From positions 1 to 62,456 of the forward strand of contig JAUWTN010000001.1 of the NCBI GenBank assembly GCA_030614705.1: DNA of 62,456 nucleotides, given 5' to 3'. The notes under the pieces were generated by a model. The model had not been told where the DNA came from, did not search any database, and worked only from the letters and a program-made list of their open reading frames with translations. Shown here in pieces: positions 46,833-56,936 of this stretch. This DNA comes from Candidatus Aenigmatarchaeota archaeon. Lineage in GTDB: Archaea > Aenigmatarchaeota > Aenigmatarchaeia > QMZS01. Position 1 is the stretch's first letter. Each line of letters begins with the position of its first letter. A program made the position numbers and the translations under genes.

Positions 46833-47558
46833 ATGAATAACTCATCTAACAAACGAGATAAACACGCTAAAACTAAATGGGATAACTATATAAATGGCAG
46901 ACTCTCAATAGGCACTAAACCTTACATGAAATCCCTGAAAAAATATGGTGTAATAAATAAAAAAAATGTTCTTGATGTTGGTTGCGGTCCGGGTGAATGG
47001 TGTTTTGCGGCAGCAAATTTAAATCCTAAAGCAAAAGTGATTGGTGTTGATATCAAAGAAAAAGATTTGAATCTTGCTATTAAATATATGCGGGATAAGA
47101 AAATCAAAAATTGTAAATTTTTAAATGAATCCTATGAAAACTTATTGGAACGTTTTCAGCCCGCAAGTTTTGATGTAATTATGTGCAACAGCGTAATCCA
47201 GTATATTGACGAAAAAAAAGCATTATATATTTTTTCCAAATTACTTAAAAAAGATGGAATACTTTTGATGTTCTGGAATCACGGCCCGGGATATTATCTG
47301 CAAAAATTATTTTTAGGGATTAAAAAGTTAGATATTAGAGAATCTCTTTTTATGCCTAACGTGCTTATATTAGGCACTCTAAAAAAATATCTTCTTAATA
47401 CAAAACAGGATTATTTTGTCACATTAAAAAATTTAAAAAAGATTTCGAAAGAGGTCAATATAAACTTAATTAAAATTGAAAATGAGCCCAAACTCCACTA
47501 TCAGGATTCTTTTTTAGGTCTCCCTTGCGTTTTTTCATGCAAAGGTATTAAAACATGA
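46833..47558 (+). CDS. Class I SAM-dependent methyltransferase
   Basis: VLDVGCGPG, VIGVDI, SFDVI, LLKKDG. Confidence 0.9.
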   Translation: MNNSSNKRDKHAKTKWDNYINGRLSIGTKPYMKSLKKYGVINKKNVLDVGCGPGEWCFAAANLNPKAKVIGVDIKEKDLNLAIKYMRDKKIKNCKFLNESYENLLERFQPASFDVIMCNSVIQYIDEKKALYIFSKLLKKDGILLMFWNHGPGYYLQKLFLGIKKLDIRESLFMPNVLILGTLKKYLLNTKQDYFVTLKNLKKISKEVNINLIKIENEPKLHYQDSFLGLPCVFSCKGIKT

Positions 47559-48673
47559 AAAAATTTGCTGTGTTGGTGGCCAACCCATTTCCTTACCTCT
47601 GCCCTCTGTTTCGAACACTGGCAAAACATCCAAAGATTGATTTAACGGTTTATTTTTGTTCAAACATTGAGGATGACGCTTCATTGTTGAAAGGTTATAA
47701 TTATAAATTATTTAAAAATTACAGCCCAAAACCAAACCCTTCTACTTTCTTTGGTCTGATAAACACAGGAATAATAAACGAACTAAATAAAGAAAAATAT
47801 GATGGTATTTTGGTTTTTGGATATTTTTCAGTTACAACATGGCTTGCTTTTTTTGGAAGTTGGTTGACCAAAACACCAATCTTATTTAGAGGGGAAGTGG
47901 ATTTGCTCAAGAAAGAATCATCCACCAATAAAATTATTAAAAAAACTATAATTTCTGGTTTGTTTAAAACAATTCGTGGTTTTTTATATACTTACACTCT
48001 AAACAAAAAATATTACCAATATTACGGAGTTCCTGAAGAAAAATTATTTTTTCACCCCTGCGCTGTGGATAATAAATTTTTTCAGAAAAAAGCACTTGAA
48101 TTAAAAAAAGTAAAAAAGAAGATTAAAAAAACATATGGATTGCCTGAAAAATCCATAATTATCCTGTCTGCGGCTCAATTAATTCCAAGAAAGAGATTTA
48201 TGGATTTAATCAAAGCGTATGAAACTTTGCCAAAAAACCTGAATGCTTCTTTAGTGTTTATTGGTGATGGTTCGCAAAAACAAGAACTTGAAAAATATGT
48301 AAAAAGAAAAAATATCAATCAAGTTTACTTCGTGGGTTTTAAAGAACATTCAAAATTACCTGAGTTTTATTCAATTGCAGATATTTTCGTGCTTCCTTCT
48401 GAATATGACCCTTCGCCAAAAGCTATGAATGAAGCTATGAATTTTAGTTTGCCTATAATAACAACAGATAAAGTTGGTACGGGTTATGATTTAGTTAAAA
48501 ATGAATTAAATGGGTTTATTTACCCTGTAGGTGATATTAAAGCCCTGTCCGCCCATCTAACAAAACTTATAAAAAACCCAAAATTAATCAAAAAAATGGG
48601 TGAAGAATCCATTAAACTTGTTTCTAAATGGAGTCTTGATGAAGAAGTTAATGGAATAATTAAAGCATTGTAA
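47555..48673 (+). CDS. Glycosyltransferase family 4
   Basis: AVDNKFF, FIGDGS, ADIFVLPS, NEAMNFSLP. Confidence 0.9.
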   Translation: MKKFAVLVANPFPYLCPLFRTLAKHPKIDLTVYFCSNIEDDASLLKGYNYKLFKNYSPKPNPSTFFGLINTGIINELNKEKYDGILVFGYFSVTTWLAFFGSWLTKTPILFRGEVDLLKKESSTNKIIKKTIISGLFKTIRGFLYTYTLNKKYYQYYGVPEEKLFFHPCAVDNKFFQKKALELKKVKKKIKKTYGLPEKSIIILSAAQLIPRKRFMDLIKAYETLPKNLNASLVFIGDGSQKQELEKYVKRKNINQVYFVGFKEHSKLPEFYSIADIFVLPSEYDPSPKAMNEAMNFSLPIITTDKVGTGYDLVKNELNGFIYPVGDIKALSAHLTKLIKNPKLIKKMGEESIKLVSKWSLDEEVNGIIKAL

Positions 48674-48703
48674 TCTCTCTTATGTTTAACAAAATAATAA
48701 ATT

Positions 48704-49495
48704 ATGAAAACAAATTATAAAAATTTCTATGAAAAAGAAGCCCGTGGCACAGGTTCAGTCAAAGACCTTGCAGCTGCAAATTTTGATATAATAAATTTCA
48801 TAAAAAAATTTGGGTTATCTAAAAAAAGAGTTTTGGAAATAGGAAGTGGAAATGGTATGTGTCAAGATGTGGTTGAAGATTATACTGGAATAGATGTGGC
48901 AGAATCCTTAAGTAAATCATACCATAAACCTTATTTTATAATAGAAGATGGTAAAAAATATCCTTTTAAAGATGAATATTTTGATGCTATTTTTACAAGA
49001 GTTACTTTTGAACACATTCCAGATATAAACTTTGCATTAAAAGAAATGTTGAGAGTTGTAAAAAAAGGAGGGTTTATATTATTTAATATGGCTTGGTGGG
49101 TGAGACCTTGGGTTTCAAAAGGTCTTGGAGTTAGACCTTACAGGGAACTTAATTGGAAAGAAAAAGTTAGTAAATGCTCAATACCTGTAAGAGAAAATTT
49201 AGTTTTCAGGGCATCTTGGATATTTCCGCTCAGATTATTCCATATAATTCAATTCTTAATTAATAAAAAAAACTTTAAAAATAATTTAAGACTACAAAAA
49301 TTGGAGCCAAACTATGAATTATTCTCTCCAGAAAGTTTTGTTGATTATGGCGGTGACTCTGATGCCTGCAATTCAGTGGATCCTCACTCAATGATTCTAT
49401 ATTTTATGGCAAATAATTGTAAAATAATCAATTACAGCTCACTATTGCGAGCATTCTCGGTAGGTTATGCTACTTTGATAATAAAAAAATTATGA
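48704..49495 (+). CDS. Class I SAM-dependent methyltransferase
   Basis: VLEIGSGNG, YTGID, PFKDEYFD, FEHIP, EMLRVVKKGG. Confidence 0.9.
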   Translation: MKTNYKNFYEKEARGTGSVKDLAAANFDIINFIKKFGLSKKRVLEIGSGNGMCQDVVEDYTGIDVAESLSKSYHKPYFIIEDGKKYPFKDEYFDAIFTRVTFEHIPDINFALKEMLRVVKKGGFILFNMAWWVRPWVSKGLGVRPYRELNWKEKVSKCSIPVRENLVFRASWIFPLRLFHIIQFLINKKNFKNNLRLQKLEPNYELFSPESFVDYGGDSDACNSVDPHSMILYFMANNCKIINYSSLLRAFSVGYATLIIKKL

Positions 49496-50799
49496 AAAAC
49501 TTCGAGATTGCCAATAATATTTCAGTCCAACCCGCAACCTTTGGTCCAAAACATCACTTCTTTGGATACTATGATAAATCTCCGTGGGATATATCAGGCA
49601 GATATATGTTGGGTTTGGAAACTGACTTTATTGACCGTCTGCCAGATTCCAATGATAAAGCAACAATTGGATTAATTGATTTAAAGAAAAATAATAAATT
49701 TAAAAAACTTGGAGAAACAAAAGCCTGGAACTGGCAACAGGGTTGTATGTTGCAATGGTTGCCTCCTGGATATAACAACCAAATCATTTATAATGACCTG
49801 CAAAACAACAAATTTGTAAGTGTTATATTGAATGTGAAAAATAAAAAGAAGAAAATATTACCTTTGCCTATTTACGCCATCCACCCCAATGGAAAATATG
49901 CGCTTACTTTAAATTTTTCCAGACTATGTCGCACAAGAAGAAGCTATGGATACGCGGGCGTTCCTGATATTCACTGCAATGAGACTGCGCCAAAAAAAGA
50001 TGGAATCTTTATTTTGAATTTAAGAACCGGAAAATATAAATTAATTATTTCAATAGATAAACTCCATAACTTAAATCATGTAAGTTCAATGGAAAATACT
50101 GATAATTGGGTAAATCATATTGGTTTCAATCGCGATGGGTCTAGATTTTGTTTCTTTCACAGATGGCAGTTAAAAGATGAAACTACATATACCCGTTTGC
50201 TTACTTCAAATTTGGAAGGCTCTGATATTTCCCTTTTAGCGGATGGTGGGAATTATACTCATCATTATTGGAGAAACTCAAAAAACCTATTGTGTTGGGG
50301 GTGCTTACCTAACAGAATACTGCGTCTAAGACAGAATAAAATAATGACAAATAAAATTTCAAAAATAGCATTTAAAATATACCACCACCTATTGCCAAAT
50401 ATGAAAAAGAAAATAAGCAACAGCGGGTATATTTATTTTACTGATAAAACCAAAAAAGCAGAGAAATTATTTGATGACGAAGATGGTCATTGCTCTTTTT
50501 CACCAGATGGAAACTGGATATTGACTGATTCATACCCGGATAAAAAAAATTACCGAAAATTAATTCTTTATAATTTTGAAACAAAGAAAAAAATGCTGTT
50601 GGGAAAATTTTATTCTCTACCCAACAAAAAATATAGCGAGAACGAACGATGGGATTGGAGTGAAATGAGATGTGATTTACATCCGAGATGGAATCGAGAT
50701 GGAACAAAAGTTTGTATTGATTCTGTGCATGAAGGGAACAGGCAAATGCATATAATAGACTTAAAAAAATGTATTAAAAATAATTATAAACTATTATGA
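49492..50799 (+). CDS. Beta-propeller protein (TolB / oligogalacturonate-lyase-like)
   Basis: HHFFGYYDKSPW, WNWQQG, HCSFSPDG, TDSYPD, RCDLHPRW, IDSVHEGNRQ. Confidence 0.7.
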   Translation: MKNFEIANNISVQPATFGPKHHFFGYYDKSPWDISGRYMLGLETDFIDRLPDSNDKATIGLIDLKKNNKFKKLGETKAWNWQQGCMLQWLPPGYNNQIIYNDLQNNKFVSVILNVKNKKKKILPLPIYAIHPNGKYALTLNFSRLCRTRRSYGYAGVPDIHCNETAPKKDGIFILNLRTGKYKLIISIDKLHNLNHVSSMENTDNWVNHIGFNRDGSRFCFFHRWQLKDETTYTRLLTSNLEGSDISLLADGGNYTHHYWRNSKNLLCWGCLPNRILRLRQNKIMTNKISKIAFKIYHHLLPNMKKKISNSGYIYFTDKTKKAEKLFDDEDGHCSFSPDGNWILTDSYPDKKNYRKLILYNFETKKKMLLGKFYSLPNKKYSENERWDWSEMRCDLHPRWNRDGTKVCIDSVHEGNRQMHIIDLKKCIKNNYKLL

Positions 50800-51755
50800 A
50801 AATAATATACACAACATCAGAATCCTTAAAAGGTTGTGATGAAGAATGGAGTGCACAGATAGGAGAAGAATTAAAAACCCGGGGAGAAACAAAAATATTT
50901 TTAGAAGGTCGTCATAATGTAGCTATTAACCCGGCCACCATTTTCCGCCATATTAAAAGAGAATTCCTTGGATATCCCCAGTACCCCATCCGTCCAAAAC
51001 AAATCAACAACCGATTACTGAAAATCTGTAAAGAATTTAAACCTGATGTTCTTATATGTATGAAAGGTATCCCATTTGATCCAAAAATAATAAAACAAAT
51101 AAAATGCAAAAAAATATGCATTAATAATGATGATTTTCAACACTTTAATGAGGAATTAATGAGAGAATTTGATTTTATTTTTACGCCAGCAGAAGATTAT
51201 ATTCCTAAATATAAAGAATTGGGTGTTAAATCAGAATGGATGGGATATGCCTGTACTCCAGCAATACAAAAAAATCTTAATTTAAAAAAGGAATATAATA
51301 TATCTTTTGTAGGAAGAACTCGTCCTGAACGAGAACCTTATTTCGATAAAATGAAAAAATTTGAGAAGTGTTTTCTTTGGTTGAATAAAGGTGGTAATTT
51401 ATTAACATTTAAAAAATTTACAGAGATTATGAACAAAAGTAAAATTAATATAAATATGCATCAAGAATTGATGAAAATCCACAGAACCAAATCAAATTTA
51501 AGAGTTTATGAAGTGTTGGGTTGTGGTCAGTTCCTATTAACGGATAAAGCTGGTGGAATGGAAGATTTGTTTAAAGAAAATAAACATATGGTAACATACA
51601 AAGACGCAGATGATATGGAAGACAAAATAAAATATTGGTTAGAAAGAGACGAAGAACGAGAAAAAATGGGTTTAGCAGCTCAAAAAGAAATACTAAAAAA
51701 ACACACTATTAAAAACAGAGTTGACCAGATACTCAAGGTCTTGAAGAAATTATAA
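50796..51755 (+). CDS. Glycosyltransferase (CgeB / Glyco_trans_1_2-like)
   Basis: ISFVG, SKININ, NLRVYEVLGCGQFLLTD, HTIKNR. Confidence 0.85.
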   Translation: MKIIYTTSESLKGCDEEWSAQIGEELKTRGETKIFLEGRHNVAINPATIFRHIKREFLGYPQYPIRPKQINNRLLKICKEFKPDVLICMKGIPFDPKIIKQIKCKKICINNDDFQHFNEELMREFDFIFTPAEDYIPKYKELGVKSEWMGYACTPAIQKNLNLKKEYNISFVGRTRPEREPYFDKMKKFEKCFLWLNKGGNLLTFKKFTEIMNKSKININMHQELMKIHRTKSNLRVYEVLGCGQFLLTDKAGGMEDLFKENKHMVTYKDADDMEDKIKYWLERDEEREKMGLAAQKEILKKHTIKNRVDQILKVLKKL

Positions 51756-51829
51756 TATAAATATACAAAAGAAATGTAAAAAATACCTTCTTTATTATAA
51801 ACCACAACAAACCCTAAGCTAAAAATAGA

Positions 51830-52783
51830 TTAAACTTTTTCCCTCCAGTAATTTAATAAATCCTTCATTGTCTTTTCAAATGGAATTTCGGGTTTCCAAC
51901 CGGTTTTCTCCATAAACCTAGAACAATCACCATGCAATACTTCAACATCAGAAGGTCTCATTCTTGAAGGGTCTTGTTTTATTTCTATTTTCTTATCGGA
52001 CATTTTAAGTAATAAATTAAGCATATACTGAATCGTCACTGATTTGCCAGAACAAATATTATAAACCCCACCATATTCACATTTATTGACTGTATACCAA
52101 TAAGCGCGCACAACATCCCTGACATCTGTAAAATCCCTCTTGGCCTCTAAATTTCCTACTTGCATAACAGGTTCTTTTGAACCCTGTTCAATTTCAGCGA
52201 TTTGTTTTGCAAAATTGGAAGTAACAAAAAACTCTCCTCTTCTGGGTCCTGTATGATTAAATGCTCTTGTTACGATCGTCTTTATACCATAAGACATATG
52301 GTATTGTATTGACAGAAGTTCCTGCCCCACTTTGCTCACCCCATATGGAGACAAAGGTCTCAAAGGATTGGTCTCTTTTATTGGAACCTCATCGGGATTA
52401 ACCAACCCATATTCTTCTGAACTCCCGGCTATTTGAATCACAGGATCGCAGTCTGACTTCTTAACAGCTTCAAGTAAATTCAAATTACCTATTATATTAG
52501 TAGTGAGAGTTTCAGAAGGAGAATTCCAACTAGTAGGCACAAAAGATTGCGCAGCTAAGTGAAATATATAATCTGGTTTTACTTCATCTATAAGGGTCTG
52601 CATGGAATGAGCATCTCTTAAATCCATTTCAGAAATTTTTAATTTATCAACAAAACCATCTAAATTCTCTTTCTTGCTTCTCCATCTTACAGTTCCATAA
52701 ACAGCAACACCTTCATTTAATAAGAATTCTGCTAAATGAGAACCAACAAACCCGGTAATCCCGGTTATCAAAGCTTTTTTCAT
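51830..52783 (-). CDS. GDP-mannose 4,6-dehydratase / RMD-like extended SDR
   Basis: ALITGITGFVGSHL, FHLAAQSFV, SSEEYG, SPYGVSK, FNHTGPRRG, GNLEAKRDFTDVRD. Confidence 0.9.
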   Translation of the reverse strand: MKKALITGITGFVGSHLAEFLLNEGVAVYGTVRWRSKKENLDGFVDKLKISEMDLRDAHSMQTLIDEVKPDYIFHLAAQSFVPTSWNSPSETLTTNIIGNLNLLEAVKKSDCDPVIQIAGSSEEYGLVNPDEVPIKETNPLRPLSPYGVSKVGQELLSIQYHMSYGIKTIVTRAFNHTGPRRGEFFVTSNFAKQIAEIEQGSKEPVMQVGNLEAKRDFTDVRDVVRAYWYTVNKCEYGGVYNICSGKSVTIQYMLNLLLKMSDKKIEIKQDPSRMRPSDVEVLHGDCSRFMEKTGWKPEIPFEKTMKDLLNYWREKV

Positions 52784-52820
52784 AATATAATCAATATATA
52801 AATTTAAGTATATTTAAAAA

Positions 52821-53783
52821 ATGGGTGACTTAAAATCACATTTCAAACTTCTTGAAAAAGATTTATATTTCACAACCAAATTTCTCGGTAAGTTACCTAT
52901 TAATGTTAAATTGTTTTGTTATTCTATCCAGCGTCCCATTTCCAATATTATCCTAAAAACTAAATTAAAAAAAACATTATATAATGATTTTGTATATAAT
53001 AAAATAGATAATTTTCTGTTAAACGATGGTGGTATGTTTAAAACCTATGTATACCAGCTCTGCAATCAATTTTCAAATATAAAAAATTCTTCTGTTTTGG
53101 TGCCGGGATGTGGTTATGGGAGAAACATTCTTCAATTAGCTTCATTCAAACCAAAAAAAATAATTGCTTTTGATTTATTCTCTTATCCAAAAGAATGGAA
53201 ATACATTTCAGAAATTGTTAAAAAAGAATTTGGTGTTGAAGTCCATTTTATAAAAGGTGATTTTGATAAAATAAATAAACAATATTCTGAATATTTCGAT
53301 TTTATAATTTCTGATGCTGTTTTGGAACATGTACGGGATTTTCAGTTTTTTACCAAAAGTTCTGAAAAAGTTCTGAAAAAAGGCGGTATCTTTTATGCTT
53401 CTTTTGGTCCTATTTGGTTTGGTCCTGGTGGAGATCATATAACCTGGGGGGGGAACAAAATATTTGACCATTTAATTTTACCTAAATCATCCTACAAAGA
53501 AAAACTCAAAAAACTCCCAGTCATCACTGAAACGGATTCCTGTGAAGGTGTTTTTATGATTGAAAAAAAACTTTTTTCATATTTATCTGTCAAAGAATAT
53601 TTGGATATATTATCAAAATTTGGATTCAAAAAATTGCGTATGTCTGCCAGCATATCAACAGAAGCCAGAACTCTTCTGAAAAACAAAAAGGAAATTATTA
53701 AATTACTAGATGAAAAAAAATGTCCTGATTTTGACAGATTCTGTAAAGGTATTTATTTATGGATGAAAAAAGGTGAAATATAA
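52821..53783 (+). CDS. Class I SAM-dependent methyltransferase
   Basis: VLVPGCGYG, FDFIISDAVLEHV, VLKKGG, FGPIW..GGDH. Confidence 0.88.
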   Translation: MGDLKSHFKLLEKDLYFTTKFLGKLPINVKLFCYSIQRPISNIILKTKLKKTLYNDFVYNKIDNFLLNDGGMFKTYVYQLCNQFSNIKNSSVLVPGCGYGRNILQLASFKPKKIIAFDLFSYPKEWKYISEIVKKEFGVEVHFIKGDFDKINKQYSEYFDFIISDAVLEHVRDFQFFTKSSEKVLKKGGIFYASFGPIWFGPGGDHITWGGNKIFDHLILPKSSYKEKLKKLPVITETDSCEGVFMIEKKLFSYLSVKEYLDILSKFGFKKLRMSASISTEARTLLKNKKEIIKLLDEKKCPDFDRFCKGIYLWMKKGEI

Positions 53784-53827
53784 CAAAATATTTTGTAGTT
53801 ATCCCTAAATATTTAATAAACTAAATT

Positions 53828-54631
53828 ATGACCTCTGAAAGTATTGCTGATAAATGGCGTGAAGATTTGAAAGAAAGGGGATATGAACACCACATCTCTA
53901 AAAAAAGAGAATATAATAAATTAAAAATATTCACTCGATTTTGGAAAACGGTTCTTAAAACTACAAAAATAAATCCCAACACAGAAAATTTAAAGATTTT
54001 TGAATTTGGTTGTGGGGGTTGTAAACATCTGATTCCTTTTGCGCTAAAGGGTGTGTCCTGTGTTGGATTGGATTGCTCAAAAGAAGTTCTTGAAAGGTCT
54101 AAAAATTATATAAGTGAAGTCTCCAAATTCAGTGAAAAAACCTTAGATATTAAACTTATTTATAAAGACTTTTTGAAATACAATGATTCTAAAGAAGAAT
54201 TTGATTTGGTTTTTCATGTAGGTGCTTTGGAACATTTCTTAGATGATAAAGAAAGAATGTATGCATTAAAAAAAATGTTTGATTTAACAAAACCCGGGGG
54301 TTATGTGGTCTCAGCAGTGCCTAATGGAGTTCACATTCTAAGAAATAAAATGAGAAAATTTAATCTTGGTGGGTATGGCATCCCTGAAATTGATTATTCT
54401 CCAGAACTTATATACAAAGAAATGAAAGAATGTGGGGGAGAAAATATTAAGGTACTTCCTTATAATCTATTTCTCTATGTCTTGTTTGATAGATCAAACC
54501 CTATATTTTATCCAATAAAAAAACTATTTTACTATAGCACCCAGATAATTCCTTTAAGTCTTCTGCCTAAATCCTTTAGTTATAAACATACAGGACTTCT
54601 TATCGGAATTGCAAAAAAACCGGAAAAATGA
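53828..54631 (+). CDS. Class I SAM-dependent methyltransferase
   Basis: IFEFGCGG, VGLDCS, FDLVF..GALEHF, TKPGG, VPN. Confidence 0.88.
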   Translation: MTSESIADKWREDLKERGYEHHISKKREYNKLKIFTRFWKTVLKTTKINPNTENLKIFEFGCGGCKHLIPFALKGVSCVGLDCSKEVLERSKNYISEVSKFSEKTLDIKLIYKDFLKYNDSKEEFDLVFHVGALEHFLDDKERMYALKKMFDLTKPGGYVVSAVPNGVHILRNKMRKFNLGGYGIPEIDYSPELIYKEMKECGGENIKVLPYNLFLYVLFDRSNPIFYPIKKLFYYSTQIIPLSLLPKSFSYKHTGLLIGIAKKPEK

Positions 54632-55776
54632 AGGTGAGTTTGGTTGTAGGGGGTTTATTTGATGCACCTATATTTGCAGAAAGCCTGCAAAAATTAAATT
54701 ATCTGAACTGTATTGTAACCTCAATGCCCAAATTCCTGTTTAGAAATATAGATCCAAAATTAATCACAATAATTCCTATGACTACGCAAGTATTGGAACA
54801 CGGACTAAAAATTAGAGCCCCAAGAAAATGGATAGAAAAGGATATGAAATTATTCGGAACTTTGGCGCGTCATTTTGTAAAAAAAGATACTGACATCCTT
54901 TGTGGTTGGGGCGGCTATTCTTTGGAAACCGCAAGGAAAATAAAAAAAGAAGGTAAATTGTTTATACTGGATAATCCCTGCCCTTACATTCAATTTCAGG
55001 AAAATCTAATGGAAGAAGAAGCAAATAATCTGGATAAAAAGTTTGTGAAATGCAGTAAAAATTATTTTGATAGATTTATAAAAGAATACGAACTGGCGGA
55101 TAAAATAATTGTTCCTTCTGAATACACCTACAATTCTTTTATTAAATATAACTTTCCAAAAGAAAAATTATTTAAAATACCTTTAATTGGTAGAATGAAA
55201 TTACTTGATTCTAAAGAAATAGATGCTAGAAAAAAGAAAGATAAAATTTTTAGAGTTGGTTTTATAGGTGGAAATCCTCTTAGAAAAGGATTAATATACC
55301 TCTTAAAAGCGTGGGATATGTTAAACTTAAAAAACGCAGAATTGGTAATTAAATCTCCTGAAAAAGAGATAAGAAAATCGCCTGTAATTGATAAATATTT
55401 AAACAAATTAAAAAATATCAGATTCGTCGGATATTATAATGATCTTAGTGATTTCTATTTGGATTTGGATTTGTTCTGTTTTCCTTCCATAGATGATGGT
55501 TTTGGGATGGTGGTAATTGAAGCAATGTCTCATAAAATTCCTGTAATTACAACAAAAAATGTTGGGTCTTCAGAATATATAAAAAATGGCAAGTCGGGTT
55601 TTGTATTGCCTATTAGGGAACCAGAAGCAATCGCAAAAAAAATAGAAAAATTTTATTTAAACAGAGAATTGATTAAAAAAATGGGCGACTTGTCTTATGT
55701 TGATGTAAAAAAAACTTTCAATTCTGAATTGCATAAAAAAAAGATGTTTGAATTAATAGAAAAATTAAAAAACTAA
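54628..55776 (+). CDS. Glycosyltransferase family 4
   Basis: EYELADKIIVPS, RKG, FPSIDDGFGMVVIEAMS. Confidence 0.9.
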   Translation: MKVSLVVGGLFDAPIFAESLQKLNYLNCIVTSMPKFLFRNIDPKLITIIPMTTQVLEHGLKIRAPRKWIEKDMKLFGTLARHFVKKDTDILCGWGGYSLETARKIKKEGKLFILDNPCPYIQFQENLMEEEANNLDKKFVKCSKNYFDRFIKEYELADKIIVPSEYTYNSFIKYNFPKEKLFKIPLIGRMKLLDSKEIDARKKKDKIFRVGFIGGNPLRKGLIYLLKAWDMLNLKNAELVIKSPEKEIRKSPVIDKYLNKLKNIRFVGYYNDLSDFYLDLDLFCFPSIDDGFGMVVIEAMSHKIPVITTKNVGSSEYIKNGKSGFVLPIREPEAIAKKIEKFYLNRELIKKMGDLSYVDVKKTFNSELHKKKMFELIEKLKN

Positions 55777-56936
55777 TTTTTATATATTTTTTCAATTCCC
55801 TCAACAACATTTCCCCAAGAAAATTGTCTTATAAATATTTTAGCATTCTTGCTCATTTTCTCCCTCTTCTTATCATCAATTAAAATTGAATTAATTGCCC
55901 TTGATAACTGTTCTTTGTTGTATTTCACAACAAACCCAATCTTCTTATTGATATATTCAGAAACACCGCAATTATCTGTAACAATAACTGGTGTCCCGCA
56001 AGCAAGACTCTCAATAACAACATTCCCAAAAGATTCATATTTATCTTTTGAAGGCAACACAAAAACATCTGAATCAACATACACCTTGAGTTTTTCTCTT
56101 TCAAATACAGGACCTATAAACAAAACTTTATTTTCTATTCTAAGATTCTTTGCCAATTTTTTTAGATTATTTAAATAACCATCGTCCGGTCCCGCAATCA
56201 CAAGTTTCAGATTATCTGATTTTTTGGATAAATCCGCAAATATCTCAATAAGCAAATCCAACCCCTTCCTTTCATGCACCCTACCTAAATAAAGAATTAT
56301 TTTTTCAGTTTTTTTTATTTTATATTTTTTCCTGAATTCACCTTTTTTTGGAAGGTTTTTGTATTCCTCTAAATTAATTCCATTTGGAATGCAAACAACT
56401 TTTTTATTGCCGGAAAAAACATTATCATATTGCTCAGATTCTATTTTTGAAGAAGCGATAATTTTGCTGGAATTTTTTATAATTTTATATCCAAACAAAA
56501 CATCAAAAATTCTTTTTTGTAATGATTTTGAGAACCTTGGCATAGAACCTCTTGGTTGCAATACATAAGGAATTTTATACTTCCTTGCATAATGACCCAC
56601 AATCGCCGCAAGTGGGGTTCTATATTCATGAATATGAATCACATCAAAATTTTTAATTTCTTTTCTGGCAACAAAAGGCGAATAGCAAGGTATTGGTAAA
56701 ACAAAATTCCGGCTCAGATAATTTGAAATGTTTCTGAAATAATAAACCTTGATTTCATCGACCATCACAGGTTTGTTCTTCGCAACATCCAACCTGTATT
56801 TAAAACCATCTGTTGTATACACCGTTACTTCGTGTCCTCTTCTGACCAATTCTTTTGAAATCTCATAACAAGACCTCGCCGGACCGCCTGATTCCCAGGA
56901 AGGTTTAAAAAAATTAACAACTTGTAAAATCCTCAT
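55773..56936 (-). CDS. Glycosyltransferase family 4
   Basis: SGGP, GHEVTVYTT, IPNGI, LGRVHERKG, ESFGNVVIESLACG. Confidence 0.92.
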   Translation of the reverse strand: MRILQVVNFFKPSWESGGPARSCYEISKELVRRGHEVTVYTTDGFKYRLDVAKNKPVMVDEIKVYYFRNISNYLSRNFVLPIPCYSPFVARKEIKNFDVIHIHEYRTPLAAIVGHYARKYKIPYVLQPRGSMPRFSKSLQKRIFDVLFGYKIIKNSSKIIASSKIESEQYDNVFSGNKKVVCIPNGINLEEYKNLPKKGEFRKKYKIKKTEKIILYLGRVHERKGLDLLIEIFADLSKKSDNLKLVIAGPDDGYLNNLKKLAKNLRIENKVLFIGPVFEREKLKVYVDSDVFVLPSKDKYESFGNVVIESLACGTPVIVTDNCGVSEYINKKIGFVVKYNKEQLSRAINSILIDDKKREKMSKNAKIFIRQFSWGNVVEGIEKIYKN

